Part shown: piece by piece, positions 50,332 to 60,234 of the stretch
Layout: each line of letters begins with the position of its first letter
Numbering within the stretch: the first letter of the stretch is position 1
DNA from: an uncultured Candidatus Rokubacteria bacterium
Lineage (GTDB): Bacteria; Methylomirabilota; Methylomirabilia; Rokubacteriales; CSP1-6
Direction: 5' to 3'
NCBI GenBank assembly: GCA_963789955.1
Contig: CAWBMV010000006.1
Location: forward strand, 96,001-160,000
DNA length: 64,000 nucleotides
Translations under genes and position numbers: made by a program
Notes under the pieces: generated by a model
Told to the model about the DNA's origin: nothing
The model's database searches: none
The model's input: the letters and a program-made list of their open reading frames with translations, nothing else

Positions 50332-51366
50332 ATGGCAGCTGCGCTCACGTCCAAGCGGCATCGCGTCGACGATGTCGACGCCGGCGAGTTCTGTTTCCAG
50401 CAAGGGTGGACCGACGGCCTGCCGGTGGTCCCGCCGACCGAAGACCGCGTGCGCATGATGCTCGCCGCGGCGCGGCTCGATCCCAAGCAGGAGATCGCCT
50501 ACATCACGAACCGGTCGGTGTCGGTCACCGCGGAGAAGGTCGCGATCAACGCGGTCATGGCCGGCTGCCGGCCCGAATACATGTCGGTGGTCGTCGCCGC
50601 GGTGGAGGGCATCGGCGATCCGGCGTGGAGCTATCACGGGCCGGGCACGTCGACCGGCGGCGCCGGCGTGCTCATGATCATCAACGGACCGATCACGCGC
50701 GAGCTCGACATCAACGCCGGCGACAATCTCTTCGGGCCGGGCTGGCGGTCGAATCTCACGATCGGGCGCGCGCTGCGCCTGGTGATGCGCAACGTCTGCG
50801 GCTCGTTGCCCGGGCTCCTCGACCGTGGCACGCTCGGCCATCCGGGCAAGCTCTCGTTCGTGATCGCCGAGAACGAAGCGGAGAGCCCGTGGACTCCGCT
50901 CCACGTCGAGCGCGGCTTCCGGCCCGATCAGAGCACGGTCACGGTCATGGCCGCCGAGGCGCCGCATCAGTTCTACAACCAGCTCTCGCCCGACGCCGAA
51001 GGCGTGCTGACCACGCTCGCCGATTCGATGAAGCATTCGGGCGGCGCCGGCCGGCAGCCGCAGTACGTCGTCACCCTGGCCGGCGAGCACATGCGCACCA
51101 TCGCCGGCAGCGGCTGGGGCAAGAAGGAGATCCGCCAGTTCCTGTTCGACAACACGAAGAACACGATCGCGCATCTCAAGCGCACCCACCGCATCCCGGG
51201 CGCGATTCAGCCCGGCGACGACACGAAGCTCCGGCCCATCGTCGCGGAGCCCGACGACCTCCTGATCGTCGCGGCCGGCGGGCGCGCCGGCTCGTTCTCG
51301 TCGTTCATCCCGGGATGGGGCGGTGCCCGTTCGTCCCTCGCCACCACCAAGGAGGTCAAGCGATGA
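50332..51366 (+). CDS. Conserved UGSC-associated protein (GWTDGLPVVPPT family)
   Basis: GWTDGLPVVPPT, AINAVMAGC, NLTIGRA, LGHPGK, ENEAESPW; SD GGGAGG. Confidence 0.85.
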   Translation: MAAALTSKRHRVDDVDAGEFCFQQGWTDGLPVVPPTEDRVRMMLAAARLDPKQEIAYITNRSVSVTAEKVAINAVMAGCRPEYMSVVVAAVEGIGDPAWSYHGPGTSTGGAGVLMIINGPITRELDINAGDNLFGPGWRSNLTIGRALRLVMRNVCGSLPGLLDRGTLGHPGKLSFVIAENEAESPWTPLHVERGFRPDQSTVTVMAAEAPHQFYNQLSPDAEGVLTTLADSMKHSGGAGRQPQYVVTLAGEHMRTIAGSGWGKKEIRQFLFDNTKNTIAHLKRTHRIPGAIQPGDDTKLRPIVAEPDDLLIVAAGGRAGSFSSFIPGWGGARSSLATTKEVKR

Positions 51367-51893
51367 TCGAGCTTCTGGATCCCACGGTCGAGGCGGCCAA
51401 GCAGCCGATCGCGTACGTGGATCGGCCCGGGTCCCTGAAAGGCAAGCGGATCGGCCTGATCGAGAACACGAAATACAACTCCGACAAGCTGCTGGTGCGG
51501 ATCGGCGAGATCTTGAAGGCCGAATACGGGGCCAGCGAGACGCGCCTGTTCCGCAAGCACAACGCGTCGGTCCCGGCGCACGAGGAGATCATCCAGGAGG
51601 TGCGGAAGACCTGCGACGTCATCGTCGCCGGTGTCGGAGACTGAGGGTCCTGCTCGTCGGGCAGTGTGCTCGACGGAATCGTGCTGGAAAAGAACGCGGT
51701 GCCGGCGGCGTCGATCATCACGGATGTCTTCGAGAAAACGGCGCGCGCGATGGCTGAGCAATGGGGCGTACCGACCTACAAGTTCCTGATGATGCCGCAC
51801 CCGATCGCGAATCTCAGCGAGGCGGAGCTCGACAGCCGCGCGCGGGAGATCGCACCCGAGGTCGCGAAGCTTCTGCTGAAGGGCCAGGAATAG
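51363..51893 (+). CDS. UGSC family selenoprotein
   Basis: GKRIGLIENTK...VAGVGD-TGA-GSCSS...HP; TGA at 51642-51644 with the frame continuing to TAG 51893. Confidence 0.92.
51655..51675 (+). promoter_or_regulatory. Bacterial SECIS-like hairpin
   Basis: CGUCGGGCA-GUG-UGCUCGACG 9-bp stem starting 10 nt after UGA; G-U in the apical loop. Confidence 0.65.
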
Positions 51894-52901
51894 CGACCGC
51901 GTTCCGGCCGCCCTGGTGGTGCCGGAACGCGCACGTCCAGACTGATCTGGGGCCCGCTCTTCCGCCGTCACCGGATCCGGTGGCGGCGGGAGCGGGTCGC
52001 CACCGCCGACGGTGACTTCGTCGATCTCGACTGGGCTGACTCGGCCCGCCCCGACGCGCCGCTCGTGCTGGTGCTCCACGGCCTCGAAGGCTCGTCGAGC
52101 TCCCACTACGTCGTCGGCCTCACGCGCCAGGCGCTCACGAGAGGCTGGCGCGCCGTCACCCTGAACTTCAGATCGTGCAGCGGCGAGCTGAATCGCCTCC
52201 GCTCGTTCTACCACTCCGGGCACACTGCCGATCTGGACGAAGTCGTCCGGCTGATCGTCGGGCGAGAGCCAACCGTCCGTATCGGCGCGGTCGGCGTGTC
52301 GCTGGGCGGCAACGTCCTGCTCAAGTGGCTCGGCGAGCGGGAAGCCGCCGTGCCCGACGCGGTCGTGGGCGCGGTCGCGATCTCGGTGCCGTTCGATCTC
52401 GCGCACTGCGCCGAAGCTCTCGACCGCGGCTTCTGCCGCCTGGTCTATGGCGCGAACTTCCTCGGGACCATGCGGGACAAGATCCGCCTCAAGGCGGCGC
52501 GCGATCCGGGACTGGGCGAGATCGTCGACGTCCCGCTCGCGCTTCGCGCGCGAACCTTCGCCGAGTACGACCGCGCGGTGACGGCGCCGCTCAACGGCTT
52601 CGCGAACGAGCGCGACTACTGGACGCGCGCGTCGAGCGCGCCGTACCTCTCCCGCATCCGGCGGCCGACCTTGCTCGTCAACGCGCTCGACGATCCGATC
52701 GTCCCGCCCAGTGCGCTCCCCGATCCGGCCGAGCTGCCGCCCTGGGTCCGCGCGGAGTTCGTCCGGCGCGGCGGGCATGCGGCGTTCCTCGAAGGCCGCT
52801 GGCCCTGGCGGGTCGAGTCGTGGGCCGAGCGCCGGGCCGTCGAGTTCCTGGACGGGCTCGTCGCCGGTGAACGCGCCGTCCCCGCCGGCCCGGTCTGCTA
52901 G
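51890..52901 (+). CDS. YheT-like alpha/beta hydrolase (frameshift near 51942; start uncertain)
   Basis: NAHVQT, DGDFVDLDW, HGLEGSS, YHSG, GVSLGG, DDP, GGH. Confidence 0.88.
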
Positions 52902-52911
52902 CATGCGGACC

Positions 52912-54207
52912 ATGCGTCAGGACGCCTACGGGTCTGCCGGTGAGCACCGACGCGGCCGCCACGGTCGAGGCGTACGATCACGCGGTCGATGCGCTTCTCT
53001 CCTGGGACGCGCGGGCTCTCGAGCGCTTCCGCGACGTGATCGCGCTCGACCCGGGGCTGGCCCTCGCTCACGCCGGCGCCGCGGTCTGTCTCTTCCTGGA
53101 GGAGCGCTTCGCGGAGGCGCAGGAGGCCGGGAAGACCGCGCGCGCGGCCGCGGCGTCCCAGACCGACCGCGAGCGGCGCCACGTCGAAGGCCTGGCGCTC
53201 CTGGTCGAGGGCAAGGGCAACGACGCGGCGAGCGCGATGCGCGCGCATCTCGCCGACTATCCGCGCGATCTGCTGGTGTTCCAGCGTCTCTATTTCGTCT
53301 GGTTCTGGCAAGGAAAGTTCCCGGAGATGCTGGCGCTCGCCGACACCCTGGCCCGGTACCATCCCGGCAGCTCGTTCATGCTCGGCCTGCACGCGTTCGT
53401 GCTCGAGCAGGCCGGCCGCTGCGACGAGGCCGTCCGCATGGCGCTCGTGGCGAACCAGAAGAACCCGCGCGACGCCTGGGCGATCCACGCGCTCGCGCAC
53501 GGGCTGTACGAGATGGCGGCGTTCGACACGGGCATCACGCGGCTGCCGCCGGCCATCGAGCCGTGCACGCATCTCGGCTGGTTCAAGAACCATCTTCTGT
53601 GGCACCTGGCCTTGATGCACATGGGCCGAGGCGAATACGACGTCGCGTCCGATTTCGGGCGCCGGGTGTTCGAGGGCGCGCCATCGTCGATCCCCGGCGA
53701 CCTTCACGACTCGATCTCGCTCCTGTGGCGCCTCGAGCTCCTCGGCCGCGACGTCGGCGAACGCTGGAAGCCCTTCGCGCGGATCGCGGGCGAGCGGCTC
53801 GATCGTCAGGCCCTGCTCTTCCATGCCGCGCACCTGGCGATGGCGCTCGCCGCGAGCGGCGACTGGACGACCGCCGAGCGCCAGCTCGGCATGCTGCGTG
53901 AGCGCGGCGGGCGGGATCGGACGGGGCTGGTCCGCGACGTGCTGGTGCCGCTGGTCGAGGGGATCCAGGGATTCGCCGCCCGCGACTATCGCCGCGCGAT
54001 CGAGCGGATCGAGCCGCTGACGCTCGCGGATCGTCGAGCTCGGGGGAAGCCGTGCCCAGCGCGACGTCTTCCACGACACGCTCCTCGAGGCGTGTTTCCG
54101 AGCGGGGGATATGGACCGCGCCGAGCGGCTCTTGACCGATCGCGTCGCGCGCCGGCCCGACCGCTTCTGGAAGACGAGAGCCACGACCGGCCGCCGCGGC
54201 GTCATGA
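52912..54207 (+). CDS. TTC38-like tetratricopeptide repeat protein (frameshifts near 52930, 54025 and 54190)
   Basis: DAYGLPVST after reframing, DAWAIHALAH, HLLWHLAL, SLLWR, GGSRAQRD. Confidence 0.82.
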
Positions 54208-55728
54208 GGCCGCGCGCGGCATTCGCCGCGCTCCTGGTCGTTCTCACGATCGTCCAGGTCGGTTGCGTCTCGCGAGGCGCGCCCGCCGCCGACGGTGATC
54301 TCGTTCGGCTCACCTTTCTTCAGATCAACGACGCCTACTCCCTCGGGCCGGTCGACGGCGGCCGGCGTGGCGGGATGGCGCGGCTGGCCACCCTGGTACG
54401 CGGAGGTGAAGCACGAGAACCCCAACACGATCTTCGCGATCGGGGGCGACTTCCTGTCTCCGTCGGTCGAGTCGACGTTCCTCCAGGGCGCCCAGATGGT
54501 CGCCGCGCTCGACGCGGTCGGCCTGGACTTCGCGACCTTCGGCAACCACGAGTTCGACTTCGGGCCGGCCGTTCTCGCCGAGCGCATGAAGGAGTCGAAG
54601 TTTCGATGGATGTCCGCGAACGTCGTCGACCGGAGCTCGGGCCGCCCGTTCGGCGGCGCCTCGCCCGACACCGTGCTGACCCTCGGCGGTGTGCGCGTAG
54701 GCCTGTTCGGGCTCACGATGGCCGACGCGGCGCGCACCTCTCGTCCCGGACCCGACGTCGGCTTCAACCGTCCGCTCGTCGCGGGCAAGGACGCCGCCGC
54801 GCGTCTCAGGGCGCAGGGCGCACAGGTCGTCGTCGCGGTCACGCATCAGGAAATCGCCGAGGACAAGGCGCTCGCCGGCGCCGCCGACGTCGATGTGATC
54901 CTGGGCGGCCACGAGCACGATCCGATGGTGGCCGAGGAAGGCAAGACCCTCATCACCAAGGGCGGCTCCGACGCGCGCTACCTCGTCCAGGTGGATCTCT
55001 GGCTCACGCGCGAGGGAAAGCTGGTCGAGCGGTCCTGGCGCTTCCGCGAGGTGAGCCGGCGGGTCACGCCGGACCCGGCGGTCGAGGAGCTCGTTCGTTC
55101 GTACGGCGCCCGGCTCGACCGCGAGCTGGACGTGGTGATCGGGCGAACCGACGTTCCGCTCGACGCGCGAACCAGCCGGCTCCGGACGCAGGAGACGAAC
55201 GTCGGCGATTTCGTCGCCGATCGTCTGCGAGAGCGGCTCGGCACCGATGCGGCGTTCGTCAACGGGGGCGCGATCCGCACGAACCGCATCGTGCCGGCGG
55301 GGCCGCTGACCAAGCGCGACGTCCACAGTCTGTTGCCGTTCACCGACGTGGTCCTCAAGCTCGAGCTTCGCGGACGAGATCTTCGAGCGGCGCTCGAGCA
55401 TGGCCTGTCGCAGACGGACCGCGAGGGCGGAGGGTTCCTGCAGGTCTCCGGGGTTCGCTTCGTGTGGGATCCCCGGCGAGCGCCGGGTCAGCGAGTGGTG
55501 AGCCTCTCCGTGGGCGGCCGACCGCTGGACAACGAGACCCCGTACGGTGTCGCGGTACCCAGCTATCTCGTTCGCGGCGGCGACGGCTACACCGCTTTCG
55601 CGCGCGGCAAAGTGCTCATCGACGAGTCGAGCGGCCCGCAAGTCGCCCAGATCGTCATGGACGCGATCGTGGCGCGGGGCACGATCACGCCGGTGACCGA
55701 CGGGCGCATCACCACGGACGCGCGCTAG
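54204..55728 (+). CDS. 5'-nucleotidase/UDP-sugar hydrolase lipoprotein (frameshift near 54400)
   Basis: Lipobox VQVGC, INDAY, GDFLSP, GNHEFD, GGHEH, NGGAIR, GGDGY. Confidence 0.9.
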
Positions 55729-55797
55729 CCTCGCGACCGTCGGGCCTCGACCAAGGGCGCGGTCGTCTACGACTTCTGCCGCTGATCGTCGCTGTTC

Positions 55798-55879
55798 TTA
55801 TCCACTTATCCCCAGAAATTCACAAAACGAAAATCGCACGGTGTGACGCGACACGAGCGCCAGCACGCCTTGTGAACAC
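55798..55879. promoter_or_regulatory. Cluster of DnaA-box-like 9-mers
   Basis: TTATCCACT, TTATCCCCA and AAATTCACA in tandem plus an inverted TGTGAACAC in an AT-richer intergenic patch. Confidence 0.4.
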
Positions 55880-56026
55880 AGAAAAGCCGCGCGTCACGGC
55901 GTGCACGCGACGCAGAGCCCTGTGCTCACGCGGTCCTCGCGCACTGAAGCCGACGAATCCCGCATTTCTCGCGGCGATGTTCGCCGTTGATCTCCTCGCG
56001 CTCGGCACTCTACGGTACTTGCTACC

Positions 56027-56404
56027 GTGCTGACCCCGCCGCGCGTCCTGGTCGTGGATGACGAGCGCTACATTCGCGGACTCCTCTCCGAGCTCCTCGC
56101 CGTCTGGGGCTGCGAGACCGATCTGGCGGCGAGCGGAACGGAAGGCCTGCGACTCTTCAAGCAGAAGAGCTACGACCTCGTCCTGACCGACTACGTCATG
56201 CCCGGCGGCTCGGGCCTCGAGCTGGTCGAGAACGTCCGGAACAGCGACGCGGCGGTCGGCGTGATCATGCTGACCGCGTCGGGGGCCGACCTGGATGTGC
56301 ATGGCCGACGGCTCGGGTTCCAGCTGCTCCGCAAGCCTCTCCAGATCGATCATCTCGAAGCGGCCGTGAAGCAGGCCCTGGGCGACCGGAAGACCGAGGC
56401 CTAG
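56027..56404 (+). CDS. Single-domain response regulator receiver
   Basis: VLVVDDE, DLVLTDYVMP, MLT, KP. Confidence 0.92.
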   Translation: MLTPPRVLVVDDERYIRGLLSELLAVWGCETDLAASGTEGLRLFKQKSYDLVLTDYVMPGGSGLELVENVRNSDAAVGVIMLTASGADLDVHGRRLGFQLLRKPLQIDHLEAAVKQALGDRKTEA

Positions 56405-57349
56405 CTACTTCCCGAGGACCTTGCGCGGGTCGAACGCGTCGCGCAGACCGTCGCCGATGTAGTTGATCGAGAGGACGGTCAGGAAGATCGCGGTTCCCGG
56501 GAAGATCGCCCAGTGCGGCGCGAAGTCCAGGTTGTCCTTGGCGTCGAACAGGATTCGACCCCACGTCGGAATGTCCGGCGGAAATCCGAGCCCGAGGAAC
56601 GACAGGGTGGACTCGGCGATGATCGCCGCGGCGACGTCGATGGTGGCCGCGACGATGACCGGGCCCATCGAGTTCGGCAGGATGTGACGGATCACCTGCC
56701 GGATCGGCCGCGCGCCCAGGCTGCGCGCCGACTCGACGAATTCCTTCTCGCGCAGCGACAGGAACTGCGCCCGCACCAGCCGGGCGACCTGCATCCAGCG
56801 CAGCCCGCCGATGACCGCGACGATCAGGATGAAGACGCCGGCCTCCGGGCCGAACATCTTCCGCAGCGAATCGCGAAACAGATAGACGATCAGCAGCAGG
56901 AGGGGCAGGCCCGGCAGCGCCAGGAACATGTCGGTGATCCGCATCAAGGTGTGATCGACCGCGCCGCCCATGAATCCGGAGATCGCGCCGACCGCGGTGC
57001 CGATCGAGATCGCGATCAGCATGGCGGCGATGCCGACCGCCAGCGAGATGCGCCCGCCGTAGAGCATGCGCGCCAGCAGATCCTGGCCCAGATCGTCGGT
57101 GCCGAGCGGATGGCTCCACGACGGGCCCTTGAGCTTGGCCTTGAAGTCGATGTCGTTGATCGGCAGTCGCCACACGAGCGGGCCAACCAGCACCGCGAGC
57201 ACGAGCGCCACGAGGATCACGCTCCCGACCATGGCGAGCCGATGGCGGCGGAAGCGGCGGCCGGTCTCTTGCCACAGCGACGTGCGCGGCGCCGATGCAG
57301 CGACCGCGAGCGGCCGGGCGACGGGCTCGGAGGCGACGCGGGCAGCCAT
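56405..57349 (-). CDS. Peptide ABC permease (DppC/OppC-like)
   Basis: HPLGTDDLGQD, EFVESARSLGA, ESTLSFLG, GDGLRDAFDPR. Confidence 0.94.
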   Translation of the reverse strand: MAARVASEPVARPLAVAASAPRTSLWQETGRRFRRHRLAMVGSVILVALVLAVLVGPLVWRLPINDIDFKAKLKGPSWSHPLGTDDLGQDLLARMLYGGRISLAVGIAAMLIAISIGTAVGAISGFMGGAVDHTLMRITDMFLALPGLPLLLLIVYLFRDSLRKMFGPEAGVFILIVAVIGGLRWMQVARLVRAQFLSLREKEFVESARSLGARPIRQVIRHILPNSMGPVIVAATIDVAAAIIAESTLSFLGLGFPPDIPTWGRILFDAKDNLDFAPHWAIFPGTAIFLTVLSINYIGDGLRDAFDPRKVLGK

Positions 57350-58308
57350 CAGCGGTACGAGATCCGCGGGTCGAGCCAGGCGTAGAGCAGGTCCGCGACC
57401 AGGCTCGAGAGCAGGACCAGGATCGAGAAGATGAACGTCACGGCCATGACCACCGGCGTGTCGTTGGCGAGGATCGACGTGATCAGCAAGGAGCCGATCC
57501 CGGGCACCCGGAAGATCTGCTCGGTCACGATCGCGCCGCCGAAGATCGTCGGGATCTGGATCGCGACGAGCGTGACGACGGGGATCAGCGCGTTCCTGAC
57601 GACGTGCTTGACGAGTGTCACGCCCTCGGAGAGGCCCTTCGCCCGCGCGGTGTTCACGTAGTCCAGCCGGATGACGTCGAGCACGGAGGCGCGCATGAAG
57701 CGCGTCATCGACGCGGCCTGGGCCAGGCCCAGCACCGCCACCGGCATGATCGCCTGCCGGATGTGCTCCCAGTACCATCGCCAGCCGGTCGCGCTGATGT
57801 CGGAACGATAGATGAACGGAAGCCAGTCCAGGTGGATGCTCAGCAGCAAGATGAACAGCAGGCCGGTGAAGAACGTCGGGAGCGAGAAGCCGATGAACGC
57901 CAGGGTGGTCGCGATCTGATCGAAGATCGAATAGGGGCGTAAGGCCGAGTAGGTCCCGATCGGCACCGCGACGAGGATCGCGAGAAGCTGGGCGGCGCCC
58001 AGCACCAGGAGCGTCGCCGGCAGCCGCTGCAGGATCAGGGTGTCGACGTCGACGCGGCTCACGAAGGAGAAGCCCCAGTCGCCGCGCAGCATCGACACCA
58101 TCCATCGGACGTAGCGGATCGGCAGCGGGTCGTCCAGACCGAACTTCGCGCGCAGGTTCATGCGCACTTCGGGCGGCACGTTGGGGTTGGTGGCGAGCTC
58201 CTCGAACGGATCGCCGGGCGCCAGGGCGAGGATCGTGAACAGGACGATGCTGATGCCGGCGAGAACCGGGAGGAGGATCAGGATCCGTCGCAGCAGGTAC
58301 CTGGACAT
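57349..58308 (-). CDS. Peptide ABC permease (DppB/OppB-like)
   Basis: APGDP, GDWGFS, DYVNTARAKG, LDPRI. Confidence 0.95.
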   Translation of the reverse strand: MSRYLLRRILILLPVLAGISIVLFTILALAPGDPFEELATNPNVPPEVRMNLRAKFGLDDPLPIRYVRWMVSMLRGDWGFSFVSRVDVDTLILQRLPATLLVLGAAQLLAILVAVPIGTYSALRPYSIFDQIATTLAFIGFSLPTFFTGLLFILLLSIHLDWLPFIYRSDISATGWRWYWEHIRQAIMPVAVLGLAQAASMTRFMRASVLDVIRLDYVNTARAKGLSEGVTLVKHVVRNALIPVVTLVAIQIPTIFGGAIVTEQIFRVPGIGSLLITSILANDTPVVMAVTFIFSILVLLSSLVADLLYAWLDPRISYR

Positions 58309-58320
58309 TCGGATACCGGC

Positions 58321-58364
58321 GTCAGGCGGGGCCGCGGCGGATCGCGCCGCGCGGCCCCGCCGAC
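58321..58364 (-). terminator. GC-rich intercistronic stem-loop after the substrate-binding protein gene
   Basis: GGCGGGGCCGCG...CGCGGCCCCGCC 12-bp inverted repeat with no U-tract, so probably mRNA-stabilising. Confidence 0.5.
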
Positions 58365-58368
58365 ACCG

Positions 58369-60166
58369 TTAGGCCTTCGACCAGTACGCGAGCGCCCAGA
58401 AGTCGCTGTCCCAGCCGCTCTGGACCGCGTCACGCAGGCGGTTGGAGATCGCCGCGACGCGCGGGCGGAACACCACGGGAATGACGACGACGTTCTGGAT
58501 CACCAGGTCGTTCATCTTGACGAACAGGGCCGCGCGCTTGACCGGGTCCATCTCGTGCTCCGCGGCCTTCCACAGCTTGTCGTACTCCTCGTTCCGCCAG
58601 CGGGTCTTGTTCGTCAGCGCGAACTTGTTGTCCTTGGCGGAGACCTCCCAGGACGTGAACTGATCCATGAAGCGCTGGGGATCGGGCTGGGTCATGGTCG
58701 TCGTGTACATCTGCAGATCGGTGTAGAAGTGCGAGTACGTGTCCGGGTTGGCCGGATCCGACGAGAAGAACACGTTCGCGGTGATCGCCTTCAGCTCGAG
58801 CTCGATACCGGCCTTGGCGCAGGCCTGCTTGACGATCTGCTGGTTCTTCTGACGCGGGTTGTTGATCGACGTCTGATAGACGAACTTCAGCTTCTTGCCG
58901 TCCTTGGCGCGAACGCCGTCGCCGCCGCGCTTCCAGCCCGCGGACTCCAGGATCTGGTTCGCCTTGTCGACGTTGAACTCGAACTTCGTGTTCTTCGAGA
59001 CGAACCGCGACGGGCGCGTTGACGAAGTTGGCGGTGGCGATGCCGGTGCGCCCGTAGATCTCTTCCTGAACGGAGCCGCGGTCGACCAGCAGATTGAGGG
59101 CCTGACGGACCGCCGGGTCGCTCAGGGTCGGGTGCTTGGTCTTGGCCGACGACCGCTCGCCGTCGACCTCGGTCCACGGATCGGTCGTGTTGACCTGGAT
59201 GTGCTCGATGTTGCCGCCGGAGACGATATCGGCGCGGCCCTTGCCGCCCTGCTCGAAGCGTTTGAGGATCTCGTCCTCGACCTGCATGTTCCAGGCGTAG
59301 TCGTACTCGCCGGTCTGGATGACCGCGCGCGCCGCGCCCACCGCGTCGCCGCCGCCCTTCATCTCGACCTGGTCGAAGAAGGGCCGATTGGGGACGTGAT
59401 AGTTCGGGTTGATCTCGCCCCGAACGATGTCGCCGGGCTTGAAGTCGACGAACTTGTAGGGGCCGGTGCCGACGGGCTTCAGGTTCGTGGGAGCCTCGCG
59501 CGACTTGTCACCCTTGAAGGCCTGGAAGAGATGCTTGGGAATGATCGGTCCGGTCGCGGCGCCGCAGAACGCCGCGGCCCAGAACGGCGTCGGCGACTTG
59601 TAGCCGATCTTCACGGTGTGACTGTCGACCTTGTCGATCCGCACGATGTCCCGGTACGGGCCGATGGTGACCGCGGCGGTCCCCGGGTCCATCACGTACT
59701 CCCACGTGAACACCACGTCGTCGGCGGTGAAGGGCTTGCCGTCGTGCCACACGACGTCTTTCTTCAGCTTCCAGGTCACCGACATGCCGTCCTTCGCGAC
59801 CTGACCGTTCTGGAGACTCGGCGCCTCGGCCGCCAGGACCGGCACGATGTTTCCGTCGGGATCGTACGAGGCGAGGGGCTCATAGAAGATGCGGCAGGCG
59901 TCCTGGTCCTTGGTGCCGTTGGCGAAGTGCGGGTTCAACAAGGTGGGCGCCTGCCACCAGAGCGTCTTGACGAGCCCGCCGCCGCCACGCTTGGTGGGAT
60001 TGAACGTCCACTTGGTCTGGGCCTGCGCGACGCCGGCCGACGTCAGCATCTGGGCGGCCATCGGAGCCGTCAGGCCGAGTCCGACCATCATCCCTACGAA
60101 GCGACGGCGGCTCAAAGTTCCCGCCTTCACCTGATTGACCAGCGCCCTCAACTCACGCTCTTCCAT
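58369..60166 (-). CDS. Peptide ABC substrate-binding protein, family 5 (frameshift near 59010)
   Basis: LSRRRF Tat-like signal, WHDGKPFTADDV, GTGPY. Confidence 0.92.
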
Positions 60167-60234
60167 TGAATCTCCTCTCTCGCCCGGCCCGGCGGCCGGG
60201 TGGTTGGCTTCTTAGCGTTTCGTGCGACGGAGTG

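Noticed and set aside
54111..56033. 640-aa ORF and TTC38-nucleotidase fusion
   Set aside because: Chimera of frameshifted pieces and shadow-frame sequence
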